Below are positions 48,157 through 57,463 of a stretch of DNA of 64,000 bases, piece by piece. This stretch comes from a virus. The stretch lies in the UHGV virus genome UHGV-1366828. One strand, 5' to 3'. A program made the translations under genes and the position numbers. A model generated the notes under the pieces. That model worked only from the letters and a program-made list of their open reading frames with translations. It had not been told where the DNA came from and did not search any database. How positions within the stretch are numbered: position 1 is the stretch's first letter; each line of letters opens with the position of its first letter.

Positions 48157-49151
48157 CAAATGTGTTACGAATAATTCATCTATCTTTATACTAATTTTTT
48201 GAAGGGATTTGTTAACCTTCCTCTAACATAACCTTCAGGAGGATCGCCAATAAACATATGCTCTTCTTTTCCGTTATTCCACCAACGAGAACCTTTATGT
48301 GCTTCTATACTTCTTTGTATAGAATATTCCGTGGGTTTCTGCCCTTTACTAGATTCTCTCATCTTGAGAATTGTTTCTTCTGAGCGTTTCTTACCAGTAT
48401 TCGCTTTAGCTCTTTTTAGTTTAGTTTCTTCAGATTGTTTTTTTCCTGTCCAGTAAGCTAACTTGTACCTTAATTCTGGAACAAGATTAACATTACCGTC
48501 TCCACCATCAGTTAGATTATACCCATTAGGATATCTACACTGTAGCGTTTCAATCCAGAAACTTTCTTTTTCGTTTAATTCTTCAAGAGTTTCAGCTGTA
48601 TCAATAAGCTCTCGCGAAAAATTTTCTAGCCCATAGAACTTAATGCTACTTTTAATATAAGTTCCGCTAGTAATGTAATTCTCATCAAGTTTTGGAAAAG
48701 AATATTTATGTTTACCAACATACACTTTATGTGTAATCAGGTTTGTTAGTTTATACACATAACCATACATATTTTAATCTCCTCTAAAGATAAAATATAT
48801 TAAAAAGTAGTAATTCAAATATTAGAGGTATTTGAAAAAGGGAGCTAACCTCTGTCCTACTTTATAACTAAGTTATAAAGATATCAAATTATTCTCTTTA
48901 TGTTACCATAAAGTTCAGACTATATCATCATCCTATATTGTTTTATCCTCTATAGGACGCCTCGCACTTGGACCTCATTTGAGGTCTACTCTACTCTTTT
49001 ACTCGCATAAGTTTTTCTCTTATGCTACAATTTCGATAGTCGTTGAGCCTTCTCTAATTATTAGAGCTTGGCTGCTGATTGTCCCGTCGGGATTTTCCAG
49101 CAATTCACGAGGTTTTTTACTATATATTACTATATAGGGATTCTAAACTTA
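48157..49151 (-). mobile_element. Group I intron (995 nt) carrying a GIY-YIG homing endonuclease ORF
   Basis: P1: exon GGAUUU pairs with intron GAAUCC (U.G at the splice site), and the intron starts with an in-frame UAA. Core elements P AAUUGCUGGAAA, Q AAUCAGCAGC, R GCUCAACGACUAUCG and S GAUAUAGUCUG are present. Intron ends ...CACAUUUG (omega-G). The HE ORF lies 3' of S. Confidence 0.7.
48186..48770 (-). CDS. GIY-YIG homing endonuclease with NUMOD3 DNA-binding repeats (194 aa), intron-encoded
   Basis: YGYVYKLTNLITHKVYVGKH (GIY...YIG), R..E...N.. core, tandem GKKQSEETKLK / GKKRSEETILK NUMOD3-like motifs; AGAGGAG site upstream. Confidence 0.75.
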   Translation of the reverse strand: MYGYVYKLTNLITHKVYVGKHKYSFPKLDENYITSGTYIKSSIKFYGLENFSRELIDTAETLEELNEKESFWIETLQCRYPNGYNLTDGGDGNVNLVPELRYKLAYWTGKKQSEETKLKRAKANTGKKRSEETILKMRESSKGQKPTEYSIQRSIEAHKGSRWWNNGKEEHMFIGDPPEGYVRGRLTNPFKKLV

Positions 49152-49439
49152 AAATCCAGACATAGAGCTCATCGGGTGGACAATTACTAGCTCATTAGCA
49201 ATTAAGTTAGGAAGAGCAACAGTTGTAAGGTTCAGGCAGAATTTCTTATAGAGTCCGAGATCTGAACGCTGTGTGCCAGAAGCAGCATCAAAAGCTTCAG
49301 AAAGGAACTTTGAAGTATTGTCAAGCACCTTAGCAATAACTAGCTTCTTGTGGTTATCCATCTTCTCGCCGTTGTGAGTTCTGCCGTAAACGGATTCAGA
49401 AACTGCAAGACGACCTTTGTATTGTTCTAAAAGATTCAT
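49152..49439 (-). CDS. major capsid protein (gp23-like), exon 1 (96 codons)
   Basis: KKLVIAKVLDNTSKFL ... LTTVALPNLIANELVIVHPMSSMSGF parallels the T4 gp23 N-terminus (KQAIIAKIFENQEKDF ... MVRRAIPNLIAFDICGVQPMNSPTG). Confidence 0.7.
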
Positions 49440-49459
49440 TATATTTACCTCTTTATATT

Positions 49460-50980
49460 TTATTTAAGTCGTGCTAGAGACAGTAAGTCATCGTCTACTA
49501 AATCGTCTTGAACGAAAGGAATTATTTCCTTCTTAGGAGACGTAATCTTAGCACTTAACTTCTCCTGTAGTTGCATTGACTGAAATGGTAACTTACTTAA
49601 GTTAAGATTTACAGACTGTAGACTTTCGCATACAGAATCAATATCGTCAAATGTGTAACTATCAGGCAATCTATTTAAAATTTCATTCTTCGATACACCA
49701 AGTCTCACTGATTGCGATTCAACATAACGGTTAACCGCACCAGCGGCTATCTTCTTGTACTTTTCAACAAGATTGTTTGAAGCACTTAACTTCTTGGTGT
49801 ATTCTGTCTTCTTTTGAGCTAAGTCTTTCTGAACTGTCGAAAGTTTTTCAGTTAAAGAAGTGATTTCTTTACTGCTATCTTCATTAGCAATCTTCAGCTG
49901 TTCGGTTAGTTCCGCAACTTTACTTCTGCTCGAAGTAACTGATTCAGCTAACGCCTTAGAACGTTCAGTTAAACTATTCTTAGACTTAATAGCTTCATAT
50001 TTAGCGGAAGCTAACTGTTCGTTTAACTGACTAACTTGCTGCTCATAATTACTTAACTTCTCTTGTAGAGAAACAACTTTCTTCGCTTCCTCTGATAACT
50101 TCAGAATCGCTTGTTTGTACTTAGTCATCTTTTCGTTACATGACGCTTCTTTAGTATAACTAACTGACAACTTCTCCTGTAACTCAATTAGCTGCTGTTC
50201 TTTCTCTTTATTTTCTTTCAAGGAGGCTTGAAGCTGTTCTAACAAATCTGCTTCGGTAGTATCGACTGCAACGCCTTCGTTAACAACTTCTTTATAATTA
50301 ACAGAAGAAGGTTTTTCTACATTTTCTTCTTCTGGGGTATATTCAATCTGGAGAGTATTCAATGTCTCCTGCATAATTTTTCTGTCTGACGCAGACGCTT
50401 TTTCTAGAGATTCCTGTAATGCCTTTTTTAACGGAATAGTGGAATTTCCAACAGACTCCGTAACGTATTCCATACGAGCAGCCTTTACTGCGGGTAGAAG
50501 AACAACGTCAAAGCAACTAAAATCATATGTGTCTTCGTCTACAGATTCATTTCCATCAATATCTGTTGACACATCTCCTGAACCTCTAGAGGAGATTCCC
50601 ATCTTATATCCATAGTCGCAAAGGGTCTTTAAGATGCGACCATTCGGAGTGTCAAGAATGTCAAAAGAGCTAATCAGCTGCCCTTTATTATTCTTCTGAG
50701 GAGGATTGGGCATACAAATAGCAATCTTCTCCATGTCAATCTCTTGACGGTCAGCAGGGTGACCAAGTTCTCCGAAATATCCACCATTTTCAAATGTTTC
50801 CTGAGCTATAGGACTGTTAAAAACATTCTCCCAAAGCTGTTCAGAATATTTTCTTCCATTACGAGTAGGATTTATAATGTCAGCAACTGGTCCGGACAGA
50901 CGACCTAATATAGGGCTGCCTTTTTCGCTGACTAGAGCTGATCTGTCAAAGGTCAACTCTTCGTTTGACTTTCTATCCAT
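49460..50980 (-). CDS. prohead protease-scaffold fusion (506 aa): N-terminal protease-like domain + long coiled-coil + C-terminal tail
   Basis: Sits between portal and capsid genes; residues 200-440 are a heptad-rich Q/E/K/L/S coiled coil; call is by position and composition. Confidence 0.5.
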   Translation of the reverse strand: MDRKSNEELTFDRSALVSEKGSPILGRLSGPVADIINPTRNGRKYSEQLWENVFNSPIAQETFENGGYFGELGHPADRQEIDMEKIAICMPNPPQKNNKGQLISSFDILDTPNGRILKTLCDYGYKMGISSRGSGDVSTDIDGNESVDEDTYDFSCFDVVLLPAVKAARMEYVTESVGNSTIPLKKALQESLEKASASDRKIMQETLNTLQIEYTPEEENVEKPSSVNYKEVVNEGVAVDTTEADLLEQLQASLKENKEKEQQLIELQEKLSVSYTKEASCNEKMTKYKQAILKLSEEAKKVVSLQEKLSNYEQQVSQLNEQLASAKYEAIKSKNSLTERSKALAESVTSSRSKVAELTEQLKIANEDSSKEITSLTEKLSTVQKDLAQKKTEYTKKLSASNNLVEKYKKIAAGAVNRYVESQSVRLGVSKNEILNRLPDSYTFDDIDSVCESLQSVNLNLSKLPFQSMQLQEKLSAKITSPKKEIIPFVQDDLVDDDLLSLARLK

Positions 50981-51127
50981 CTATATTCCTTTCAACACAT
51001 CATTTCTAATCTAACACGAACATTCTGTAGCTGCCCTATCTACAGCTGTTTTCACCGGGATCAATTTGTATTGACTGTATAAATTTAGCACTAAAGTTTT
51101 GATAAAATAAGTTTTTCTACAAATTAC

Positions 51128-52078
51128 TTAAAAAACAATCTTATCGTCAATCTTAGGCGGGTCATTTTTAATCTCTTTTCTTGTAATAGCTGTATATGCA
51201 GGCTTTGCTGCTGTATTCACATAAGTTTCAGAAACGGGATAAAAATCTCTATAACCTCTTGCCCATGTTTGTTTGACAATTTCTCTTGCTAAATCAGTTC
51301 TGCCCTTTGCATACTGCAAAAGATGTTCTAGTCTCATCTTCCATTGGGTGACATTTATTGATTTATACAATTTCTGATCCACTAAATAATTGTTTACATA
51401 TTCAGCAAGATCTGTATCAGAGATAAGTTCAAAAGTTAAATCAGTACACTGTTCTAGATTAGATTTCTTCTTTGGCTTTGTAGCTATCTGTTTAGTTTCA
51501 TTTTCTAAAAGATTAGATACTTTTCCTGAATTGTTAATAAACGGTGTAGCTGTTAAAACTATATTGTTATTTTTATTTGTTAATGGTATATTGTTATTAT
51601 TTGTCTTTACTGAGTTAAGATCTTGTTCTTTACTTTCTTTACTACTTGCTGTTAACTCAGTTAAGCACTTATCACAAGTTTCTTTACTACTTGTTGAGTC
51701 CTGGTCGTTATTATTATCTTCATCGTCTTCAAGCAATATAGCGTAGAACTGTTCTTCATTGATGCGAAAGTATCTTTTAGCAGGCATTCCTGCTACTTTA
51801 ACATCAAGTATTTTCAATTCTACAAGATGCTTAATAATTGAACGTTGTTGATAATCAGACAACGTTGTCGATTCCATGACATTTTCAACAGTGCTATAGA
51901 AATAGCCGTCATCTGTCAGGCTGTGCATTTTATTCCAGTAGTCATACTCTGAAATAATTTCGCCAAGAAAAATACTCTCGTGGAGTCCTATCTTCTTGGC
52001 GAGTGTTTTATTATATAGCCCGTAATTGTTACTGGCGAATTGTGTTAGCAATTTCTTTTCTCTGATTGAAAGCCCCAT
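51128..52078 (-). CDS. hypothetical protein (316 aa) with a possible N-terminal winged-helix domain and N/S-rich linker
   Basis: Unexpected location inside the head-assembly block. Confidence 0.35.
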   Translation of the reverse strand: MGLSIREKKLLTQFASNNYGLYNKTLAKKIGLHESIFLGEIISEYDYWNKMHSLTDDGYFYSTVENVMESTTLSDYQQRSIIKHLVELKILDVKVAGMPAKRYFRINEEQFYAILLEDDEDNNNDQDSTSSKETCDKCLTELTASSKESKEQDLNSVKTNNNNIPLTNKNNNIVLTATPFINNSGKVSNLLENETKQIATKPKKKSNLEQCTDLTFELISDTDLAEYVNNYLVDQKLYKSINVTQWKMRLEHLLQYAKGRTDLAREIVKQTWARGYRDFYPVSETYVNTAAKPAYTAITRKEIKNDPPKIDDKIVF

Positions 52079-52103
52079 AATCTGTTCTCCTTAGTTTAAA
52101 ATA

Positions 52104-52301
52104 TTATCTGTTGTTACGACGTTCGTCAACGTACTGCTTCAGCATTTCAAGTGTTTCGGGAGTATTCTTGAAAATGAAGTCACAATAACGAGGGTTCTGA
52201 ACGTTTACTTTCTTTCCTTCGCAACGGATTCCCGCATTGACCAATCTGTCAGCGAGTTTAAGACTATGAATGTATAGATATTCTGATTCAATATGATCCA
52301 T
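52104..52301 (-). CDS. hypothetical small protein (65 aa)
   Basis: ORF only. Confidence 0.3.
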   Translation of the reverse strand: MDHIESEYLYIHSLKLADRLVNAGIRCEGKKVNVQNPRYCDFIFKNTPETLEMLKQYVDERRNNR

Positions 52302-52369
52302 TTGGATTACATACCTCCGTAATTTTATATTTTATATTATAGTTAATTCTAGGTGATTATTCAACTTTG

Positions 52370-52831
52370 TTATCTGTAGCATGTTTCAAGAACTTTTATG
52401 TCCGCCTTTATCATGGACAATAGCTTTATACAAGGAGTCAAGTCATATGTTTTTGTGTAGTAATACAAACACTGATACACTTCTTGTAGTCTTGAGAATC
52501 TATAAAACATCTGTTTATTCTGAAGTTGTTCAGAAAACAGTGTTGCCTGTAAGGAGTAAGAATTCAAGGTTGATAAAACTTTGTTTATATTTTCAGGGTC
52601 GGGGTCTTTCATTAAGTTTATATATAATGTTGATTTCTTGTTGTTGTAACTCTTGCGTAGCTTTTCGTAGAACATTGCTAAATCAAGAGGCCGGTTGTCG
52701 TTTATGAATTTCAGTACCTCTACAGTAGGACCGGAAGATCTCAACAATGTTTTTACTTCATTCGAGCAATCAATACCCGATTCTTGAAGTTCATTCAGTA
52801 GTATTAAACAGTCTGTTTTTGATATTGCCAT
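52370..52831 (-). CDS. hypothetical protein (153 aa)
   Basis: ORF only. Confidence 0.35.
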   Translation of the reverse strand: MAISKTDCLILLNELQESGIDCSNEVKTLLRSSGPTVEVLKFINDNRPLDLAMFYEKLRKSYNNKKSTLYINLMKDPDPENINKVLSTLNSYSLQATLFSEQLQNKQMFYRFSRLQEVYQCLYYYTKTYDLTPCIKLLSMIKADIKVLETCYR

Positions 52832-52861
52832 ACTTTGTCCTTTCCAATATTATTGGCTAAT

Positions 52862-54781
52862 TTATAGGTTTGCTGTGTTTGTCATGTCAATTCCTAGATC
52901 TGCGGGAGAAGGTAGAGGAGCAATAGTTTCTTCCTCTGCGGGAGCAGGAGGCATTTCATCAGCAGAATCTTCAGTAGGAACAGGAAGTTCTACATCTCCT
53001 GCGTGTCCTCCGGATCGAGGCATTCTAACATTTACATCAATGTCCCTGTCATCAGGTTCGTTATTTTCTTCTTCTGCCAGTGCTCCTTCTTCTTCCATTT
53101 TATCAATTTCTTCTTGAATGACATTTATTACTTCTGGATTATCAATAATCTCAGCAAGTAAGATCTTAAGAATACGAAGCCTCTGAGACGGGTCCTCTAC
53201 ATCAGACAGTAGGTTCATAACATCTTGTGTAATTCCTACCTTTGATGACAGATTGTCTCGTCTATCAATTTCTTCTTGAGTTGTCGGAGGTTGCATCTTG
53301 ATAGTGAATTTGTTTACATAAGAAACTAGTCCTTTATCAAGAAGCAGAAGATTAATCAGGTCAGTAACTAACTGAATAAGTGTGTTCTGAATACGTTTAA
53401 TAGTTTTTGCGTATCTAGCAGAAATCAGTGACAGAGAAGCTCCGCCATTGAAGCCGGCTCCGTCCTCAGTGTCTCCCATATACTGTTTCGGAATTTTTAA
53501 TCCGCCGAAAAGTTTATTCTTAAAGTAGTCTATGTCAGTAAGACCCTTTACATCAACGTCTCCGCCGATTTGCTGAGTGGATATGCTTCCTATTCCGTTG
53601 TGCATCGGAACGTATATACAGTTTTCCATTGGTCCTGGATTTGTATACTCGGACATAATATTACCAGTGTCAAGAGACGCTTTTCGTTCAAATAGCGCCT
53701 TTATGCCCATCATATGTTTTCCAACATTCTCTTGTGGCATATCGCCTACTTCAACATTGATAACTCTTAATATAGAACTCTTAGTAAGGCGATTCAGAAG
53801 TAGTGAGTTCTCAAGTAGTGTAAGAGTTCTCCATAGTTTGTATACAGAGTATAGAATAGATTGTCCGTGTCGCACAGTATAACTTAACTTATTTGTGTCA
53901 TCGGAGGTGTTCATATCGTTATTGAGAAAGATGTCTACTAATTCAGGAAAACGTTGAAAATCATCTTCTAAAGAGGCGTGAACAAAGGCAGTTGCATCGT
54001 ACAAGGTTACATCAGAACGATTAAACCGATATCTCCAAGAAGGAATATCAATTGAAGATTGCTTCTGTTGTAGACCCGATCTAACAGGCGCTTTGATGTA
54101 GGCATATGTTTTGCCGAATTTAGTTAACTCAAACATTTCAGCGGGATTAGACACCATCTCTACGTATTGAGCATAACGGTCATCTTTTGAATTAGCGTGT
54201 ACCATAACTGATTCGTCTAGTTTAGAGTTTTCTCTGTTTTCGTGAATCTTTTCCAGTTCTTCTTTAAGATACTTTTTCTTGTCGGAAACATCGTCGGAAT
54301 TGAATAACCCGTCTTCTATATCAGAGTTACGGTACATACGAAGATAAACGTCCCCGTACTTACACAAACAGTAAGCCCATTTAAAGATGTTCTTGTCCAC
54401 ATTCAAAACATCTAACAGATATGTTATATACTTTAAAACATCTTCGTCGTCTGATTGGCAACAAACAATGCGACCATTCTCGGAAAGCTCTGTTGAATCT
54501 TCTGTGTATATTTCAAGTGCAGAAGCTATCGTAGTGTCTTCACACATAGTGTCAATGACTTCATAAAGAAGTTCTCTGTTCTGTGAAACTTGAGTAAAGG
54601 ATTCTAACTTACTGATGTCCATCATACTGGACTTAACACCATTTATCAGAGCATCATAAAACTCTCCGTCTGTGTCTATGCCAATATTTCTTTTCGGAGT
54701 AGGTACGGGGTTTAATTTTGTTCCGTACAAATCCGTTGCATCAGCAAATACAGACTCACTATTTTTTAAATCGTTTTCCAT
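52862..54781 (-). CDS. portal protein (639 aa)
   Basis: Immediately downstream of the terminase large subunit; size; acidic/proline-rich C-terminal tail. Confidence 0.6.
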   Translation of the reverse strand: MENDLKNSESVFADATDLYGTKLNPVPTPKRNIGIDTDGEFYDALINGVKSSMMDISKLESFTQVSQNRELLYEVIDTMCEDTTIASALEIYTEDSTELSENGRIVCCQSDDEDVLKYITYLLDVLNVDKNIFKWAYCLCKYGDVYLRMYRNSDIEDGLFNSDDVSDKKKYLKEELEKIHENRENSKLDESVMVHANSKDDRYAQYVEMVSNPAEMFELTKFGKTYAYIKAPVRSGLQQKQSSIDIPSWRYRFNRSDVTLYDATAFVHASLEDDFQRFPELVDIFLNNDMNTSDDTNKLSYTVRHGQSILYSVYKLWRTLTLLENSLLLNRLTKSSILRVINVEVGDMPQENVGKHMMGIKALFERKASLDTGNIMSEYTNPGPMENCIYVPMHNGIGSISTQQIGGDVDVKGLTDIDYFKNKLFGGLKIPKQYMGDTEDGAGFNGGASLSLISARYAKTIKRIQNTLIQLVTDLINLLLLDKGLVSYVNKFTIKMQPPTTQEEIDRRDNLSSKVGITQDVMNLLSDVEDPSQRLRILKILLAEIIDNPEVINVIQEEIDKMEEEGALAEEENNEPDDRDIDVNVRMPRSGGHAGDVELPVPTEDSADEMPPAPAEEETIAPLPSPADLGIDMTNTANL

Positions 54782-54803
54782 ATTTACCCCTTTGTAAAAC
54801 TAT

Positions 54804-56312
54804 TTATAAAACAATACCATTTGCAAGATAGCTGGAATACAGTTCGCTTGCTTTCCCCATTCCAAAATCAAGAAATGTTGATTTATAGGGTTGTATTGAG
54901 TCTAATTTTTTAAGCTCTTCTTCAAAGTTTAATACAATTTGTGCTCGGTCCACTTCCGTTGTTGCTTGACTTACATCGATTGTTGTTTGTATCGTTTCTC
55001 CCCAGTCAAAAGAAAATTCTTCCGCATGTTGTGAAGCATTGTAGAGAGCTCCGCATACACCGTCTGCCGCGTCTTTTCTGCCCATGGGAGTGTGGTCAAT
55101 TTTTCCGTTTCCGTCTTTTTCAAGATCAAGAAGTTCCTCTACAAGTTCCGTTGTAGGATACATATCAAATCGTTCTTCGTAGATTGCATTCTTAAACGTC
55201 AGATATGGTAAACACACCTTCTGTTCTCTATCTACTCGGTCAACAGATATAATTGAAGTGTTAAAATGTTCTCCCTTTAACACTTGTAATAAATCATAGG
55301 ACTGGAAGGTATCTGCGGATACGCCTTTAATGTTAAATCCTTCTTGACGTAGCCAACGAATGAAGTTTCTGTTCTTTTCAAATGATACTTGACAACCTTT
55401 AGGAGCTTTTATACTTACATGAAATGCTAGAGTGTAATACAAATCTTTTGACGGGTCTTCTCCTGGCTTTGTTGGTTTCTTTCCGTTAATCCAAACTCCT
55501 CCGATACCTGTAGCGTCTCCTGACACTGACATATCAAGGTGTATGTACAACGGACGAGATTTTAGTTTTGGATCTATACGAGTTTTATCAATAAAGTCTG
55601 AATATTGTGTCTTGTCATCTGCCCCGTCTCCGACAGATATGATTTCTTTTGTAAATAGATTTTTGCGTTTTTCATTTCTGACAGCCGCAATTCTATTTCC
55701 TGCAAAATATTTAGTTGTTCCTGAAGTAGAGATGCCTGCAATATCTGTCAAAGCAATGTTGATATCATCTATAAAGTTCTCGTAATATCCCATAGGGACA
55801 TCTATGAGGGTGTATCCTCGGTCTCTATATGTTTGTAAATCTTCCTCGGTAGAATTCAGCGGAACTACTTCACTGTTAAGAAATTTATTACCTACAGCTA
55901 CTTTGAATTTTACTGCGCTGTCTTTATCAGTTCTTATCACCCACTGAGGCTCATCAACTATGTATGTTGTTTTACTGTCGTTATTCTTTTTTCCTTCAAT
56001 GAACGTTTCCATGTAAGACTGCTCAGTTCGTTTTGACGATGCAAGAATAAGCAATGTAGGATTGTGTTCTCCATGCATAAAACGAGATTGCATACGAGCA
56101 CTTGCTGTGTTAACAAGGTCTTTTGCTTTCTTTTTCTGCATTTCTACGTCTTGTGTTGGTACAAAAGAGACCTCGTCGCAGAAACAGTTGTGAGAAACTA
56201 CGTACGAGGAATTTGTTTTAACAAGAAAATTATTGTACGGATTAGCATTTATAACATCATAGAATTTTTTTGGTGTAGTTAAAGTAATTCGGGTTATACT
56301 TTTTATTTTCAT
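54804..56312 (-). CDS. terminase large subunit, C-terminal fragment: C-intein (42 aa) + C-extein (Walker B end + RNaseH-like nuclease domain)
   Basis: Probable start MKIKSITRITLTTPKKFYDVINANPYNNFLVKTNSSYVVSHN|CFCDE..., preceded by AGAGGA; the IntC resembles DnaE IntC (MIKIATRKYLGKQNVYDIGVERDHNFALKNGFIASN). Nuclease motifs LYIHLDMSVSGDATGIGGVWI and GVCGALYNA. The track's TTG 'MEDERKV' start is probably an artefact. Confidence 0.7.
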   Translation of the reverse strand: MKIKSITRITLTTPKKFYDVINANPYNNFLVKTNSSYVVSHNCFCDEVSFVPTQDVEMQKKKAKDLVNTASARMQSRFMHGEHNPTLLILASSKRTEQSYMETFIEGKKNNDSKTTYIVDEPQWVIRTDKDSAVKFKVAVGNKFLNSEVVPLNSTEEDLQTYRDRGYTLIDVPMGYYENFIDDINIALTDIAGISTSGTTKYFAGNRIAAVRNEKRKNLFTKEIISVGDGADDKTQYSDFIDKTRIDPKLKSRPLYIHLDMSVSGDATGIGGVWINGKKPTKPGEDPSKDLYYTLAFHVSIKAPKGCQVSFEKNRNFIRWLRQEGFNIKGVSADTFQSYDLLQVLKGEHFNTSIISVDRVDREQKVCLPYLTFKNAIYEERFDMYPTTELVEELLDLEKDGNGKIDHTPMGRKDAADGVCGALYNASQHAEEFSFDWGETIQTTIDVSQATTEVDRAQIVLNFEEELKKLDSIQPYKSTFLDFGMGKASELYSSYLANGIVL

Positions 56313-56503
56313 TGATCGTATATGTCCTCTCGTAATCCAACATACTTTTCTTTCATCTTCCAACTTAGATTATCAATAACATACTGAAATTTATTTTTTA
56401 TACAAGTACCGTATTCATTATAGAATAATTTATAATTAACAGCTTGTGATAAGGCACATTGTCTCCTAAGTTTGCAAGTCTCAAGCTCCCTGTTAAATAC
56501 TAT

Positions 56504-57442
56504 TTAATTAAATACAATATCTTCTAGTTCATCTTCCATTGTAAGGTCTTGCGCTTCTTTATACTCACCATTCTTAAGCATGAATCTATGATTCGGTGTA
56601 CAGTGTATAACAGTGCCGTCTTCTAGTTCTATTTCATACTCCTCTGTAAAAACACCTGTTTCTTTAACAGTACACTCTTCGCTTAACGTCAGTGTATGTT
56701 CATCCGATATAGTCGGAACACGAATAATTTTATTTTCTAAATCACGAATCTTGGCTTCCCCGTTTTCTGTCATGATCAGTGTATCGCCATCAAGACAAGA
56801 AAACACAGCTCTTCCGAGTATATGTCGAGGTAATGAACCATAAAGCAGGTCAATACCTTTTGGAGGAACCCAGACAATGTTTGTGCTACCTGACAAAGAA
56901 CCATTCTTCATAAACCAAGGAGAATTTTGTAACAGCTCTTGACATTTTTGCCAGCCTACACCAGCAGCTGCATCCATTGTTATGTTGATGAATGCAAAAG
57001 TAATTTTATCAATAGGCTGTAACCCATAGTGTAAGTAAGGGTCTTTAAGGCACATCATTCTATATAATTGATAAAGGATGCAAAGAACAGCCATGAAAGA
57101 TTTACCAATACCAATTGAACCAGTCAATGCAAGAGTATTATATGCTGTGTCAACATTTGTAGGAAAAATCTTTTTCAGTGTATCAACCCAGTATGGATAT
57201 ACAGTTTTCCTGCCTTCAGCATCTATAAGACTCTTTCCTAGATAGTATTCGTTGTAAAGAAATGTTTCTATATCCACAGGAATTTCTTCGTAGTCTTGAT
57301 ATACCAAATCTTGATAAACATCGGAAGACCCCGACTGTGAATACTGTTTTAGTATTTCAATGGCAACTTTCTTTTCATCCTCTGTTAGGTTGTTTAGTTC
57401 TTTCTGAATGTCTGAACTTATAAAACTTAAAGTGTCAGGCAC
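56504..57442 (-). CDS. terminase large subunit, N-terminal fragment: ATPase N-part (Walker A GSIGIGKS) + N-intein (97 aa), ends at a stop codon
   Basis: ...ILGRAVFS|CLDGDTLIMTENGEAKIRDL...LEDGTVIHCTPNHRFMLKNGEY...DIVFN*. Hint block A CLDGDTLI, block B TPNH, closely paralleling DnaE IntN (CLSYETEIL...LEDGSLIRATKDHKFMT). Confidence 0.7.
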   Translation of the reverse strand: MPDTLSFISSDIQKELNNLTEDEKKVAIEILKQYSQSGSSDVYQDLVYQDYEEIPVDIETFLYNEYYLGKSLIDAEGRKTVYPYWVDTLKKIFPTNVDTAYNTLALTGSIGIGKSFMAVLCILYQLYRMMCLKDPYLHYGLQPIDKITFAFINITMDAAAGVGWQKCQELLQNSPWFMKNGSLSGSTNIVWVPPKGIDLLYGSLPRHILGRAVFSCLDGDTLIMTENGEAKIRDLENKIIRVPTISDEHTLTLSEECTVKETGVFTEEYEIELEDGTVIHCTPNHRFMLKNGEYKEAQDLTMEDELEDIVFN

Positions 57443-57463
57443 AGTCTGCTCACCCCTTTTATC

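Noticed and set aside
50981-51127. TATAAATT on the plus strand resembling a T4 late promoter (TATAAATA), plus a CTGTAG-9nt-CTACAG hairpin.
   Set aside because: The motif is on the non-transcribed strand relative to the genes. The hairpin lacks a U-tract. Evidence is insufficient to call a promoter or terminator.
54804-56363. Track start TTG giving MEDERKVCWITRGHIRS... for the terminase C-fragment.
   Set aside because: It has no ribosome-binding site and lies in the inter-fragment spacer. The ATG at 56312 (MKIKS...) has an AGAGGA site and gives a canonical 42-aa IntC.
56313-56503. The 191-nt gap between the two terminase fragments considered as a group I or group II intron that would make the intein contiguous.
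   Set aside because: The N-fragment ends with a bona fide N-intein C-terminus and the C-fragment starts with a DnaE-like IntC Met plus a Shine-Dalgarno site. I see no P/Q/R/S-like core elements in the gap. A true split arrangement is the better fit, but only RNA data can fully exclude splicing.
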